DNA from: Dipteris shenzhenensis
Lineage: Eukaryota
DNA length: 64,000 bases
Assembly: GCA_047967505.1 (NCBI GenBank)
Contig: CM106538.1
Strand: one strand, 5' to 3'
The translations under genes were made by a program, and so were the position numbers. The notes beneath the pieces were generated by a model, which had not been told where the DNA came from, ran no database searches, and saw only the letters and a list, made by a program, of their open reading frames with translations. How positions within the stretch are numbered: position 1 is the stretch's first letter; every line of letters starts with the position of its first letter. Shown here piece after piece: positions 12,596 through 24,899 of the stretch.

Positions 12596-13845
12596 GGGCT
12601 GTCGGACAAGACATTGGAAGTCGTCGATGATGAGTGAAACCGGCCTTCAGTTAACTAAAGGGCAGTAAACCGTTTCTATCTTAGCATTCATACTTTTTAC
12701 AGCCGCATTGCATCATTCCCAATCACTTCCATTAATTAATTGCCACAGAAAAAAACTTAGAAATAAACTGAGAATAGTTGGATGGAGGCTAGAATGCCCT
12801 TGCTCAATGAAACATCACATGAGACACCCATTGGCCCAAATGCCTTGGCATCCCTTTCGGTATTTATTTAATTATTCTGAAAATGGATCACCCTTGTACT
12901 ATGTTTATGGCAACTCCATTGTCTGAGCCACCAAACTGCACACGTGACCTCAAAGGAAGAAATCCACACACTGCCCCTCTGGCATAAATCTCGGTTGTCG
13001 GACAGGTGGTTGGTGCTGTCGGACAATACATTGGACATCGTCGATGATGAGTGAAACCGGTCTTCAGTTAACTAAAGGGCAGTAAACTGTATCTATCTTA
13101 GCATTCACACCTTTTACAGCTGCATTGCATCATTCCCAATCACTTCCATTAATTAATTGCCACAGAAAAACACTTAAAAATAAACTGAGAATAGCTGGAT
13201 GGAGGCTAGAATGCCCTTGCTCAATGAAACATCACATGAGACACCCATTGGCTCAAATGCCTTGGCGCCCCTTTCGGCATTTATTTAATTATTCTGAAAA
13301 TGGAAAATGCTTTACAACAAGGGCTCACCCTTGTACTATGTTTATGGCAACTCCACTGTCTGAGCCACCAAACTGCACACGTGACCTCAAAGGAAGAAAT
13401 CCACACACTGCCCCTCTGGCATAAATCTAGGTTGTCGGTGCTGTCAGACAATACATTGGACGTCGTCGATGATGAGTGAAACCGGCCTTCAGTTAACTAA
13501 AGGGCAGTAAACTGTATCTATCTTAGCATTCACACCTTTTACAGCCGCATTGCATCATTCCCAATCACTTCCATTTATTAATTGCCACAGAAAAACACTT
13601 AGAAATAAACTGAGAATAGCTGGATGGAGGCTAGAATGCCCTTGCTCAATGAAACATCACATGAGACACCCACTGGCCCAAATGCCTTGGCGCCCCTTTC
13701 GGTATTTATTTAATTATTCTGAAAATGGAAAATGCTTGCTCACCCTTGTACTGTGTTTATGGCAACTCCACTATCTGAGCCACCAAACTGCAGACGTGAC
13801 CTTAAAGGAAGAAATCCACACACTGCCCCTCTGGCATAAATCTAG
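12588..13845. repeat. Three tandem ~420 bp repeats
   Basis: Units start at ~12588, ~12992 and ~13429 (ggttgtcgg...ggcataaatct). The same spurious ORF recurs at 12708, 13125 and 13550. Confidence 0.95.
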
Positions 13846-14740
13846 GTACACCCTTTGTAACTGGGTGTCGGTCCACAGCCTGAATGGCCAAAGGGGAAAC
13901 TTTGAGCAACAAAATACACAACAAGCTTCCAAAAATGACAGAATGGGAAGTAAAAGAGGGTCAGAACGACCGTACCTGCTGTCCTTGGAAGAGGGGGGAA
14001 CTCTACCCTTGCACCTATCCCCTGTCCAGGCTCCCAGCGGTGCATAGTGACCCTCAACCACGAACAAGAGTAGCAAATGAAAAAGGATTCGCCTCCCGAG
14101 GGCAGCAGATCCCAGAGCACAGGCTAGCAAGAGAAATGAGCAACCTGCCTCGGGGTGTGAGCAAGGGGCTTGTACGATCAGCCGTACCACAATCCGTGCA
14201 ATCCAAAAAATATGTCCGTACAACCAGCAAATGGTCCGCACACGAGCTTGAAATCACCTCGTTAATTAATGCATCTTGGGACTTAAGCCAAGAGCCGCAC
14301 AACAGCAGCAAATGCCTTAGGAAACGTGCAAGGAGTTCCGTACACCCCGTACGGAAGGCCGTACAGTCTGTAAGGAAAGCAGCAAGGAGATAATCGGGAT
14401 GCATGCAGCCTTACTTTGCGAGCCAACCGCCTCAAGATGCATGACGCAAACTTCCGTACGTTTTTTTTTCACGTAGCTCTCCAAGGTACCAGAGAGAGCA
14501 AAACCAGGTAGAGAGAGAAAGGTCACACTTGTCATCACATAGGACTGCCACGTGGCTCATTAAAGCCCCTAACCCTCTTACCAATGACACACTTTGGGTT
14601 CCCTTGGGCCCAACTTTATGACCCCTCTAAACCTTGCCTTGCCCCTAGCATTAGTGGGTGCACCTAGGAATTAGTGGGTGCACCTTAGGGGTTTTTCAAA
14701 GTCCACGGGATTATTTGCACACAAAAAATCACGGCCCTGC
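12588..14740 (-). mobile_element. Non-autonomous DNA-transposon-like insert in Copia RNase H
   Basis: Interrupts RNase H between ELIV (~14745) and DNLSDVFTK. One end reads CAGGGCCG (hAT-like) with subterminal ggtgcacccactaat repeats. The other end is not recognisable. Confidence 0.5.
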
Positions 14741-14742
14741 TG

Positions 14743-14942
14743 TGACAATGAGCTCCCATACGAAGTGGTAATGGACTTTGATGTGCTTCTGAAACACTGG
14801 GTTCCTCGCAATGGCTATGCAACTTTGGTTGTCACACATGACCACTTTGCCTCCTCCTGGAGTCACATCCATATTCTCAAGTATCCATCTAAGCCACAAT
14901 GTCTTGCATGCTGCAGCGCACGCAGCTTGGTACTCCGCCTCT
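14743..14942 (-). pseudogene. Copia RNase H (middle part)
   Basis: EAEYQAACAAACKTLWLR...CDNQSCIAIARNPVF.KHIKVHYHFV.E. Confidence 0.9.
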
Positions 14943-17490
14943 GGACAGTTTATACCGGTTACATGCTTTAGTTGTTCATGGGGACCATGGGCACTCCAAA
15001 ATGTGGCATGAAAGGTTTGGTCATGTCAATTACGGTACTCTTATAGAAATGCAAAAGTCCAAGATGGTGGAGGGACTTCCACCTATCAGAAATGCAGAGA
15101 AAGTCTTCCAGGCTTGCTTGGAAGGCAAGCAACACCAGGAGCGATTCCCACAGGAGGCTACATTGAGGGCTAAGGAACCATTGGAGCTGGTCCACTCCAT
15201 CATTTGCAGACCAATGTCAACCAACTCATTTGTAGGTCCACATATACTCTTCTATTTGTGGATGACTTTAGTCGGATGACTTGGACATACTGCCTGGCCA
15301 AGAATTATCAAGCATTTGAGAAACTCAAAGACTAGAAGGCCAAGGTAGAGAAGAAAACACAATTCCACGAGCCGCAGACTCTTTGAGGAGGCGAAAGATA
15401 TACCGGAATGGCAGCCTGCCATGAAGGTAGAGATGGATGCCATTGTGAAAAATGACACTTGGGACTTGGTAGTTCTCAGCTCACAGGCTGAACCTCCCAA
15501 ACATACGTGAATACAACCTTTACAAGAGCCCATTTTGGCAACATGCCACTTGTCAATTTCCTAGACTACTATCCTAATTACATGCCACATAGGGCAACTC
15601 TTGAATCTTTGTAGTCCTTGGTCACATGATGATGTAGACTCTTGCTAAGCAGCCTTAGCCTCCTTAAATGTAGGGCATTTTACCTCTCTTAGTACCTGCA
15701 GCCATTTAGTGAAACATACCCACCATGGCACCCATTAAATGTTAGCGTTTTTGCATGCAAAATAAACTTTAGACTAGTCCTAGTCACTGTGGGCATCCCC
15801 ATTAAGCACATGTGCACACAACACATAGAGAATACTTTGATTGACTGAGGTCAACCCTCTTGACCATAATTAAGGGGCTTTGACCATAGGTCATGGCGTC
15901 TTTATTAAAGCCAAGGCTCTCCAACCGAAGTTGGGAATAACTTGGTTGACCGAAGTCAACCCTCCTTGGCTAAAGCCAAATCTTGTTGGTCGAAACCAAC
16001 ACTCTTTGACTGTAGTAAGCTTTGAAATACTTTGGTTAACCGTAGTTAACCCTCTTGGCGTGAGCCAAGTCTCCTTAACCAAGGTTAGGCTTACCTAACC
16101 GAGGTTCAATATCTTTTGATCGAAGTCAATACTTTGACCAATGAAAATAACTCTTTGACCATAATTAAATAAATGAAAAACTCTATAACTATGATTAAAT
16201 AAATGGTTAACTAGAACTTTGACTATGAGTATTTACAACTTGGTGACACACCAAGTGGGTGTACAAGCTAAAGTTCAAGTGTGATGGGAGCTTCGACAAA
16301 TATAAAGCAAGATTGGGAAAAAAAGGCTATGCTCAGTCAGAGGGATTGGACTTTGACGAGACCTTTGCCCCCACAGCCCGGATGGTCACTATTCGGACAG
16401 TGATCACTTTGGCTGCCCATCATGGATGGTCCATATTCCAGATGGACGTGAAGTCAGCATTCTTGAACGGAACCGTGGAGATCAGGTTGCAGGGTCATGT
16501 CAAAGGTATGCAGACTAAAGAAGGCGTTGTACGGGCTGAAACAGGCCCCAAGAGCATGGTACCAGTGCATCGTTGTATTCTTCTCGAAGATCAGGTTGAA
16601 TCGAAGCCCGTCGGATGCGAACCTGTATCTCTTCTCATAGGGGAGTCAAAGGCTGGTTTCCCAAATTTGTCATCTCGAACTCCTCCATGAGTACCTTCTT
16701 GACCTGAGAGATCTTCCTGGTATGGTCAAAAGCGGTAAGGGTAAGATCGTCCACGTATAGGATCTCTCCACTATTTCCTTAGGATCGAGGTCAAACAGAA
16801 CAAGGACAAGATATTCATCTCGCAGGAGAAATACTGTCGGGAGACACTGAAGCAGTTCGAGATGGAGGACTGCAAGGATGCTATGACACCAATACAGGTC
16901 GGGCAGAAGTTGAGCATTCATGACTCTTTAGATCTGGTAGATGCTAGCAGGTCTTGATAGTTGGTGGGAAGTCTGCTTTATCCAACCAACACGAGGCAAG
17001 ACATCTCCTTTGCTGTTGAGTTGTTGGTCACTTCTCTACAAACCCCAGGGAGAATCACTGGAAGGCAGGTCTACGGGTGCTGAGGTATCTAAATGGTGCT
17101 AGCACATACGGGACTACATACACCACAAGATTTGAGTTAGGTGAATTCTGTGACTCAGATTGGGCGGGTGAAGTCAATTGGTGGGAAGTCTGTTTTATCT
17201 AACCAACACCAGGCCGGACATCTCCTTTGCTGTTCAGTTGTTGGTGAGTTCTCTACGAACCCCAGGGAGAATCACTGGAAGTTGGGTCTATGGGTGCTGA
17301 GGTATCTGAATGGTACTGGCACATACGGGATTACATACACCACATGATTTGAGTTAGGTGGATTCTGTGACTCAGATTGGGCGGGTGACAATGACACCAG
17401 GCATTTGATTTTAGGATATTGTTTTGTGCTTGCATCAGGGGCCATTTCTTGTCTGAGCAAGAAACAACCTTCAGTTGCCCCTTCTTCTAC
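14943..17490 (+). pseudogene. Inverted Copia pol segment (integrase HHCC, RT, start of RNase H)
   Basis: WHERFGHVN..., KWVYKLK...KYKARL...YAQSEGLDFDETFAP...QMDVKSAFLNG, and GFCDSDWAGD...SKKQPSVA. Lies on the opposite strand to the LTRs and gag. Integrase core is deleted, and there is a ~217 bp tandem duplication at 16961/17178. Confidence 0.9.
15471..16237. mobile_element. Non-coding insertion in Copia RT flanked by a 7-bp duplication (ACTTGGT)
   Basis: ACTTGGT at 15464-15470 and 16238-16244, splitting WDLV from TKWVYK. Contains many ttgaccgaggtcaac-like subrepeats. Confidence 0.75.
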
Positions 17491-18745
17491 TCCTCGACAC
17501 CTTGGGCCACGACCTGTCCGTCTTCCTTGGAAATGACGGTGATTTTCCCATTATGGAAGATACCAGACATCTTATGCTTATCCATCTGACTCACAGAGAG
17601 CAGATTCTTGCACAAATTTGGAACAAACAGCACACTGGATACTACCTTCTCTTCTGCCGCTGTGGTGATGATCGGAATACTGCCAATCCCCTTCACAGGG
17701 CATGTTGAGCTATCCCCCACGGTCACCTTCGAGTCAAGATGGGTCCCCTCCATGGTCTTGAACCACTCCTTGTTGGACATGTGTTTTGAGGTGCCACTAT
17801 CCACATACCAAGCCTCCTTGCGGTTACTCGCTGCATGAGCAGAGCAGTGCTCTATGGACAAGAAAAACTCTTCAGTAGTGACATTGGCTGTGTCTGTCCT
17901 AGGCTCCTCCTTGCTATGGGACTCCTTTTTCTTTTGATCCACCTTCTTCTTCTGACAACCTTTTGCATAATGACCAAGATTTTCACAGTACAAACATTTT
18001 ACCTTCTTTTTCTACTCTGAGTCGCTGGCCTTGCGTTTGGAGTCCTTAAACTTGCCCTTACCAGGCTTGTCCTTCACCAGAAGTGCTTTATCATCGTCCT
18101 TGTTGTACAACTTCTCCCGGGATTTCTCCTTTATAACAAGGGCCCAAGTCAGAGGCTTGGTCCTTGGTCTTGCTGTCACCGTGGTGATGAATCCCTTGAA
18201 GCTGCATGGTAAGCTCTTGAGCGTCAACACTGCCAATTGACAGGTGTCTACCTTCTGACCAACCGATGCCGGTTGATCTCTTAACACTTTAACTTTTGTT
18301 AAGCGGTCACGCACACATATTGAAAAGCTGTTGCTGGAGAGTCGAGATATGAGAAGTGTTATCTGTCTCGACAAGTCCTTCAGAGTGGCCCAGCCTCCAT
18401 TGACATGTCAGCGATCTAGATATGAGGAATCATAGAGTCCGCCGTCGTCCCTATGATTAAAGCCAGGGCTTGGGCATCTCTATCCTCCCATGCTTCGAGT
18501 TCATCTTTGTCCACGAATCCTGCCCTTGTGATGTACAACATCCTTTGACTTTGCGTCCACTCCCGTCGTGAGCTTTCACAGCTTCCGGGCCACAAGGTGA
18601 CTCTGGACCTTTACCTTCCAGATGGGATAATGTGTCCCATCTAGCTTCCCAGACTCTCCAAAGTTAGGGATGGTATAAGGGGGAACATGAATAGCGGCGG
18701 AACGAGTATAAATAGTAGTGACAGAAGAACCTTCTGACTTCGACA
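17491..18745 (-). pseudogene. Copia gag-protease
   Basis: KLDGTHYPIWKVKVQSHL, CX2CX4HX4C-like knuckle, WYVDSGTSKHM, VLFVPNLCKNLLSVSQM. Frameshifted. Confidence 0.9.
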
Positions 18746-18885
18746 TGTCTGATGTAAATTTCACACAGCAAAGAATCTCCAAATAGAACGTGCGGTAGAA
18801 ATAGAACTGTGCAAACTTGGTTCGAATCGGAGTCGCTTTCCTGAACAAGAACTCCTTCCTTCAATGTGAGAGAGCTGAGAATCAT

Positions 18886-18897
18886 GCTCTGATACAA
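18886..18897 (-). promoter_or_regulatory. Primer-binding site (tRNA-iMet)
   Basis: TTGTATCAGAGC, one mismatch to TGGTATCAGAGC, adjacent to the 5' LTR. Confidence 0.85.
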
Positions 18898-19482
18898 TGC
18901 TGGAAATGAGGGATAGAATTACTCTAACCTCTCAACCTATGCGGAATAGGAACAGCTCTGTCTCACACACTCAATGATGCAGACCACGCAAGAGAAGCTC
19001 ACTCAAATGATAGAGTATAGATAGCATATACAAGAGAGAGAAAATCAGATATCTTCCTCCACCACATAGGGGGCATGGCACAAGCTCAAGATGAGCACAA
19101 AAGACCAGCAGAGGGCTGGATACCTAAAGCCTGAGATCACTCCTACTTTTCCTGCTCCACACTGCCTTTGTAGGCTTCAATAGCTGCTGTGGCTGATGCA
19201 AAAATGAGGGAGTAGGGGGGGCTTTATATAGCCTCTGCTCCAAGCCTGCAAATCGACCAGCAAGGGGGCCAACCCCTTGCCTAAATCATTGGAATGTGCA
19301 GCCTATGACTCTTTGTACCCTATTAAAGGGCCACCTCCAGGCCCTTTGGGCTGCTGCTTTGCTGGGCACATGCAGCTTCCTAGATCTGCTCTAAAGGGGC
19401 TTCCATACAGCCTAGATCCACCCGAATCCCCCTATGATCCAATGGCCCTTTGTCCCCACAAATCGGGGGCTCACAGGTAACA
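18898..19482 (-). repeat. Copia 5' LTR
   Basis: Aligns with 11894-12492, with many substitutions and several indels. Confidence 0.9.
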
Positions 19483-20762
19483 GGTAGGGAGAGACGCTCT
19501 TTAAACATGAGAGGTGCCTTAAATCAGATTTTAGTATTTCAAGAAGAATTTGATTTCCCTTCATTAATGAGAGAACATGCAAGATCTTGAAAATTTAGAC
19601 CCGTTCTTTAGCTACTTATGTTTCTAATCAGGAATTTCAGCAAAATACGACATGAAATCCTTTCTATATCTCATATAATGTATCTAAACTTTGTATTACG
19701 ATGATATGCCTCTCAATAGGAATGAAATTAGGCAATGACAAAAATGGTCTAGTGCAAAAAACTTATAAGAAAGGTAGATGTTTCACGCGAGAGATTTCTG
19801 AAAGCAGTTAACAGCAAGTTCACTCTGCCTTCTAATGTCACAAGTTTGGGACTCATATTATAGTACCATAGGTGAAGCAAAGCCTATTCCCAAATTTTGA
19901 GTGAAAAAAAACCCGGTCGAAACCTGCTAAAATAGGCATGCCTATGCATCATCCCCATCATTGACTTTGAGACCTCTTAGTTGTCTCATAAATTCTTGAA
20001 TGTCTAGGGTGTGTTCTTGAAGATGTGTCCCCGAATAATTTCTCACACGTGCTCTAGTTCTTAGCAGTTTTTAAAATTACATTAACATGATGAAAAATGC
20101 CAAAACAAGAGCACCCATGCCAGGAACAACGAGTAACCAGCGGGAAAAACAAATGAACTACATTAACAAAGCAACAGATACGTCGACGCATGCATCATCA
20201 CCATAATTGAGTTTGAAGACTCTTCGTTGTCTCATAAATTATTGAATGTTTAGGGTTTGTGCTTGAAGATGTGCATTGTCCTCTATTTGGCATGTCTCCT
20301 CGTTTTGGGTGCAAACAAATACAAAAATTCTTGGCTTGAACAGAGGACTAAAGCATGAGACAAGGGTCCAATGCACAGGAGAGGGCACAAGCATGAGAAC
20401 TAGCCCTTTGAATGAGGATTAGTCTGTGCATTTCTCTCATGCTTTAACCATTTGTCTTTCCATTCATTTCTTTCATGCCGTTTCATTCAAATTTGCCATG
20501 AATGCAATGTGAATAATTCACCATCATTATAATGATCACCAAAAGACTAATCTATCTATCATCATCACATGCAACATTATCATAATGTTTCCTTGAGACT
20601 TTGCCCTTCTCATATTACCATTTATAAGCAACTACACTCAATTCCTCCTAAACATCACCAAAACATGTAGCATTTCAGGGAAAGTTTTTTTGTAGGCTAG
20701 AACATGTTGCTCTAGCATGACTTGCTATTGGAAAGTTTTTTCCTAACATGGAGCAAAAATCG

Positions 20763-20956
20763 GTGCAAAATTTGGATATTCTGACATCACCAATGCGTTC
20801 AGAGTGCCTCAAAACCCCTATATGTCTTTCGAATCACCAAAATCGGACTTCAAATGAGGGAGAAATGACAATTCCGATTTTGGTGATTCGAAAGTCGTTT
20901 TGGGGGTTTTGGGGCACTCTGGATGCATTAGTGATGTCAGAATATCCTAATTGCAC
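20763..20956. repeat. ~195 bp imperfect palindrome (foldback)
   Basis: Arms 20763-20847 and 20873-20956 are reverse complements with few mismatches. 25 nt loop. Confidence 0.9.
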
Positions 20957-22169
20957 ATCAAAAAATTTTAGGGATTTGAGCCACTCCAAATGCATTGATG
21001 TGGCCTTGTTTACGCAAAAATTTTTGCACAAAACTGCATCATCATTAAAATCACCCTTTTAATGAGAAGCTATGAAAGGAGCTATTCATACCACAATCAA
21101 TACTTTACTACTTGAACCTCCTACTCCAAAATGTACTTATGCTACTGTGACTACACAAATACCACTACACTGATTTCCGTTGAGAATATGCTTGTATCTT
21201 GTGTTTGGCATTGTAGCCTGCTGGTATGGGATCATCCCTCTCTATCTTTTGCTTAGGGGTCTTTGTTTGGGAGTAATTATGATCAAGTCTTCTCTTCACC
21301 TTTGAAGACCTGACAACAGAGAGAAATTTTTGCATAAATGAACACTGACATATTTGTGGTGTATGAATATGTGTGAGTGCGTCAGAAAGAAAGAAAGAAA
21401 GTCTATTAACGTCCACTGAAGATCAAAAGGTCTATGGGACAGCAAGAAACCCTCTAGTACATCTGCTTTAGGGAGGGCACATGGCAGCTCCCAAGGAGTG
21501 CAAAAAGCAACCCATATAATTTAGAGTACCTACATGATAGTCTGGAAGAGTAAACAGCCATACATCAGTTTCAGACTGAGAAAGAAAGAAAGAAAGAAAG
21601 TTTATTAAAGTCTTCGGAAGACCAATGGGTCTATGAGACTGTGAAAATCCTGATACAATGAGCTGTGGTAGTGGAGCTACTAAACGAGCGTCAATACCAA
21701 TGCAAAATGCAAAAAATGCAAAAAATGCAGAATGGCAGTACTAAGTCCTAAGTACAACATAGTCATGTCGATGGTCGACTATATATCAATCTCAGCATCA
21801 TCATCAATATCATCATCATCCCCAGCAACAGCAAGATATCAAGATGGATGAGGCAGTGGAGGCATGAAGTCGGCAATAGAGTGCTATCGGCGCACGTCTC
21901 CTGGTCGTAGCTCCTGGTCGTAGCTCTGTGTCTAACCAGGGCTACTGTGACCCCCGTCGGTCGGGCTCCAACTCTAAACAAGGAGGGGATGTCTCCAAGT
22001 GTGATCTGTGTGTCGAACCTCTGTCTGAGCTATCGGGTCACGGGCTCCGGGTCACGGTCATGTCGAGGCCTCGTCTCGTTGGGGTCCATGTGATCTAGCT
22101 GAAAGAACTCCATGATAGAGCTCTGAGAGGGATCAACCGAGGAAGAAGTCTGCTCCTGTCTCCGTGCTT

Positions 22170-24890
22170 GAAGTATCCTCTCGTAGTGTCTAAGTGCCTC
22201 ATGAATGAAACCTGCCAAACACCGCTGGTCTGGGTAGGAGAGGAAATCGGCTAAAATCCCATAACTATCTCTGAAGGGGTAGTGGAAACATCCTCGGATC
22301 TCATAGTACACAGGACACCTGAAGATGAAATGCTCCTTTGTCTCAACCTCCTATATGTCACATAGTGTGCATATGCGCCGCTCCCTGGGTAGTCGCTCTG
22401 CTCTGCCGCTCTTGATGCGAAGTCTATGTGAAGAGACCCGGAACTGCCCAAGAGAGATCCTCATCGAGTGGGGTAGGTGAATCTGTGTGTATCCTGGTGG
22501 GTCAATGAAACCCTCCGTTGTGATATGTAAGAAGTGATCTCTGTAGAAGCTAAGCTTCACTGGGAGTTCACTCGGTTCCAACCAGGTCTGAAAAGTGTGT
22601 ACCTGTAGTAGATCCTCACGGATAACCTGGTTGACCTCGTGTGATAAGAGGGGAGAGAACGGAGCATCCATGCTATACTAAAAGGGAGGTAGTCTATCCA
22701 TGTGGAGCCCCAGTCGCTCAAACCATCTCTCTGTACGTGCATACCAGCACCTCTGATCTCCTCCTGCTGCAAGTGCCATACTGTCTCAAGCTCGTCAATG
22801 TAGAGGCCAAACAAGGTAGGCGACAAAGGACACCCTTGTTTGATCCCGATGGTACTCATGATCTCGTCTGTCCACCCGGATCCTACCCGAACTCTGCCAG
22901 AAACTCTCTCGTAAAGTGCCATGACAGCCCAAATGATCTCCTGGTCATAACCCAAGTCCTGTAGGTGCCGTATGAGGCGGGCTCTCGGGACTGTGTCAAA
23001 TGCCTTGCAAAAATCCACAAAGCAACAATAAACCCTCTGCTTCCATGACCTCGCCTCCTCGATGATACATCTGAGCATCAGAATGTGGTCCATGGTTCCA
23101 TGATCACGCCGGAATCCAGCCTGTCCTGCTGCTCTGAGTCCTTGACACTCTGCAAGTCTGCTAACCTCGGAGTCAAGTACTGATGCATAAATCTTAGACA
23201 TGACATGTCCAATCATAATGGTCCTGTAGTTCTCCGGGCTCATGGGATCCCCTGCCTTGTGGATGGGTGAGATAGTGTTAATGGTCCAAGTGTGTGGAAA
23301 TCCCAAACAAACCGCTTCATTAAAAAGCTTTGCTAAGATCGGGGCTAGGAGGTTAATCCCATATGCAATGAACTCAGTGCATAGTCCCTCATGATCCTTC
23401 GCTTGGCCATTATGAAGTTTCATTACAGCATCCTTTACCCCTCCTCTAGCGAAGAGGGTGCAGGATGTGGGACGAGGCATGTGTGAGAGGCTAGGAACTC
23501 TGGCTGATTTGGGATGTCATAAAGTGTGCGTGCATAATCAAACCAGATCTGGGTGTCAGTGAGTGGCGGAGGGGACCGTCCTTCTAGAAATATCCGCCAG
23601 AAGTCCTTAGAGTTGTTACTAAACAAAATGTTCAGTAGCCCCTCCTCGTTTCGACGAACGAAGTCTAGTTTCTTCCTCCGTACCAGTCCACGGTATTCAC
23701 ATAGCGTATCTGGTGCGCTCGGAAGACTGTTTTTGGTTTCGAATCTGAGTTGACGGCGTAAGGCCTTACACTCATCATCGTACCAACTATTACAGGGTAC
23801 GGTTTCAGGGGATGGTGGGCGGGTGGAGCGGGTGGTGTGGGGAAAAGCGTGAATGGTAGCCTCGTGTAGTGAGCGGGTGACAAGGGCAGCACGATCCTCT
23901 AAAAGGGGTATGAAGTCAATATAAGCGAGAAGTATGTACAGATGGCCAGAGTAAGAAGGTGAGTGATCCCGATCAAAGCGTATATCGTGGTAGGTGGAGT
24001 AAGTACTGAGTGGGGTGGAAGGTGCTGTGCGAAGGGAGGTGGAGATGCGAAAGAAAAGGTATGTATGATCAGCCCCTGGGGGAGAGGTGCTACAGTGAAG
24101 TCAGTAATGCGAGATGTGAAGACAGGGGATCCCATGATGTAATCAACAACACTGGAGCCCCCCCCATGTGGAAAGCATGTGAAACCACCTGAAGCGGGCC
24201 ATCTGTCAAGACCATTATAGATAATGAGATCATGTATTTTGCCTAGGTCTAATAGGGCCTACCCATAGGATGAGAGTGGACCTCGCCTATCAGCCAAAAC
24301 CCGTAGCATACCTGCCTCCTCAAGGTCAACATCTGCCAGTAGAGTGGAATCATCTCTGAAATCAAGAAGTGGTACCTGACGGGCCCTTGTCCTCGCGTTG
24401 AAGTCCCCCACTAGAAGGACTTCTCTGCGGCTAGAAAAGTCAATGATGGACTGATAAAGGACAGCAAATGGGGATGTTTCATCATCACGTCGAATATCTC
24501 TGGCAAAGTGGGAGGTCTCCGGGGGGGAAGTAGCAAACTGCGACAAACAGATTCTGGCTGTCCATGTGTCGTATCCGGATCCAAAGAAATCTGGAATGTG
24601 TATCTCTCTGCTCTACTGAAATGATCCCCCGAAGTTGGATCTGAAAAGGACTGCAACTCCACCTGAACCTCGAACTCCTCCTGTACCCCTCGTCTCATCT
24701 CTGTAGGCAGACTCCCATGTATATCCGTTGACTATTGGGAGAGGGCGCTCTGGACTCTGATGTGTCTCTGTATAGAAGACTATGTCATGGCCTGTATAGG
24801 ATTCCGAGAAGTTCCCTGGTTCTGACCATAAGGTACCATTATAGTTCCAAATGGTGCAGGACAGGGTCTCGGATATCTGAGTCTCATAGG
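22170..24890 (-). pseudogene. LINE ORF2 (endonuclease-reverse transcriptase), frameshifted, RT YADD region deleted
   Basis: ORF fragments at 24259-24546, 23435-23626, 22557-23480 and 22351-22671. The frame jumps after LYIDELE. Confidence 0.85.
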
Positions 24891-24899
24891 CCCCGTTCC

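Larger units (their letters stand above)
11894..19482 (-). mobile_element. Ty1/Copia LTR retrotransposon (rearranged, with nested insertions)
   Basis: Two homologous LTRs (11894-12492, 18898-19482), PBS at 18886-18897, PPT at 12493-12502. Contains gag, zinc knuckle and protease (YCENLGHYAKGC, WYVDSGTSKHM), plus integrase, RT and RNase H motifs. Confidence 0.95.

Noticed and set aside
12708-14047. Three paralogous small ORFs (MHHSQSLPL...)
   Set aside because: By-products of the 420 bp tandem repeat, with non-ATG starts and different ends.
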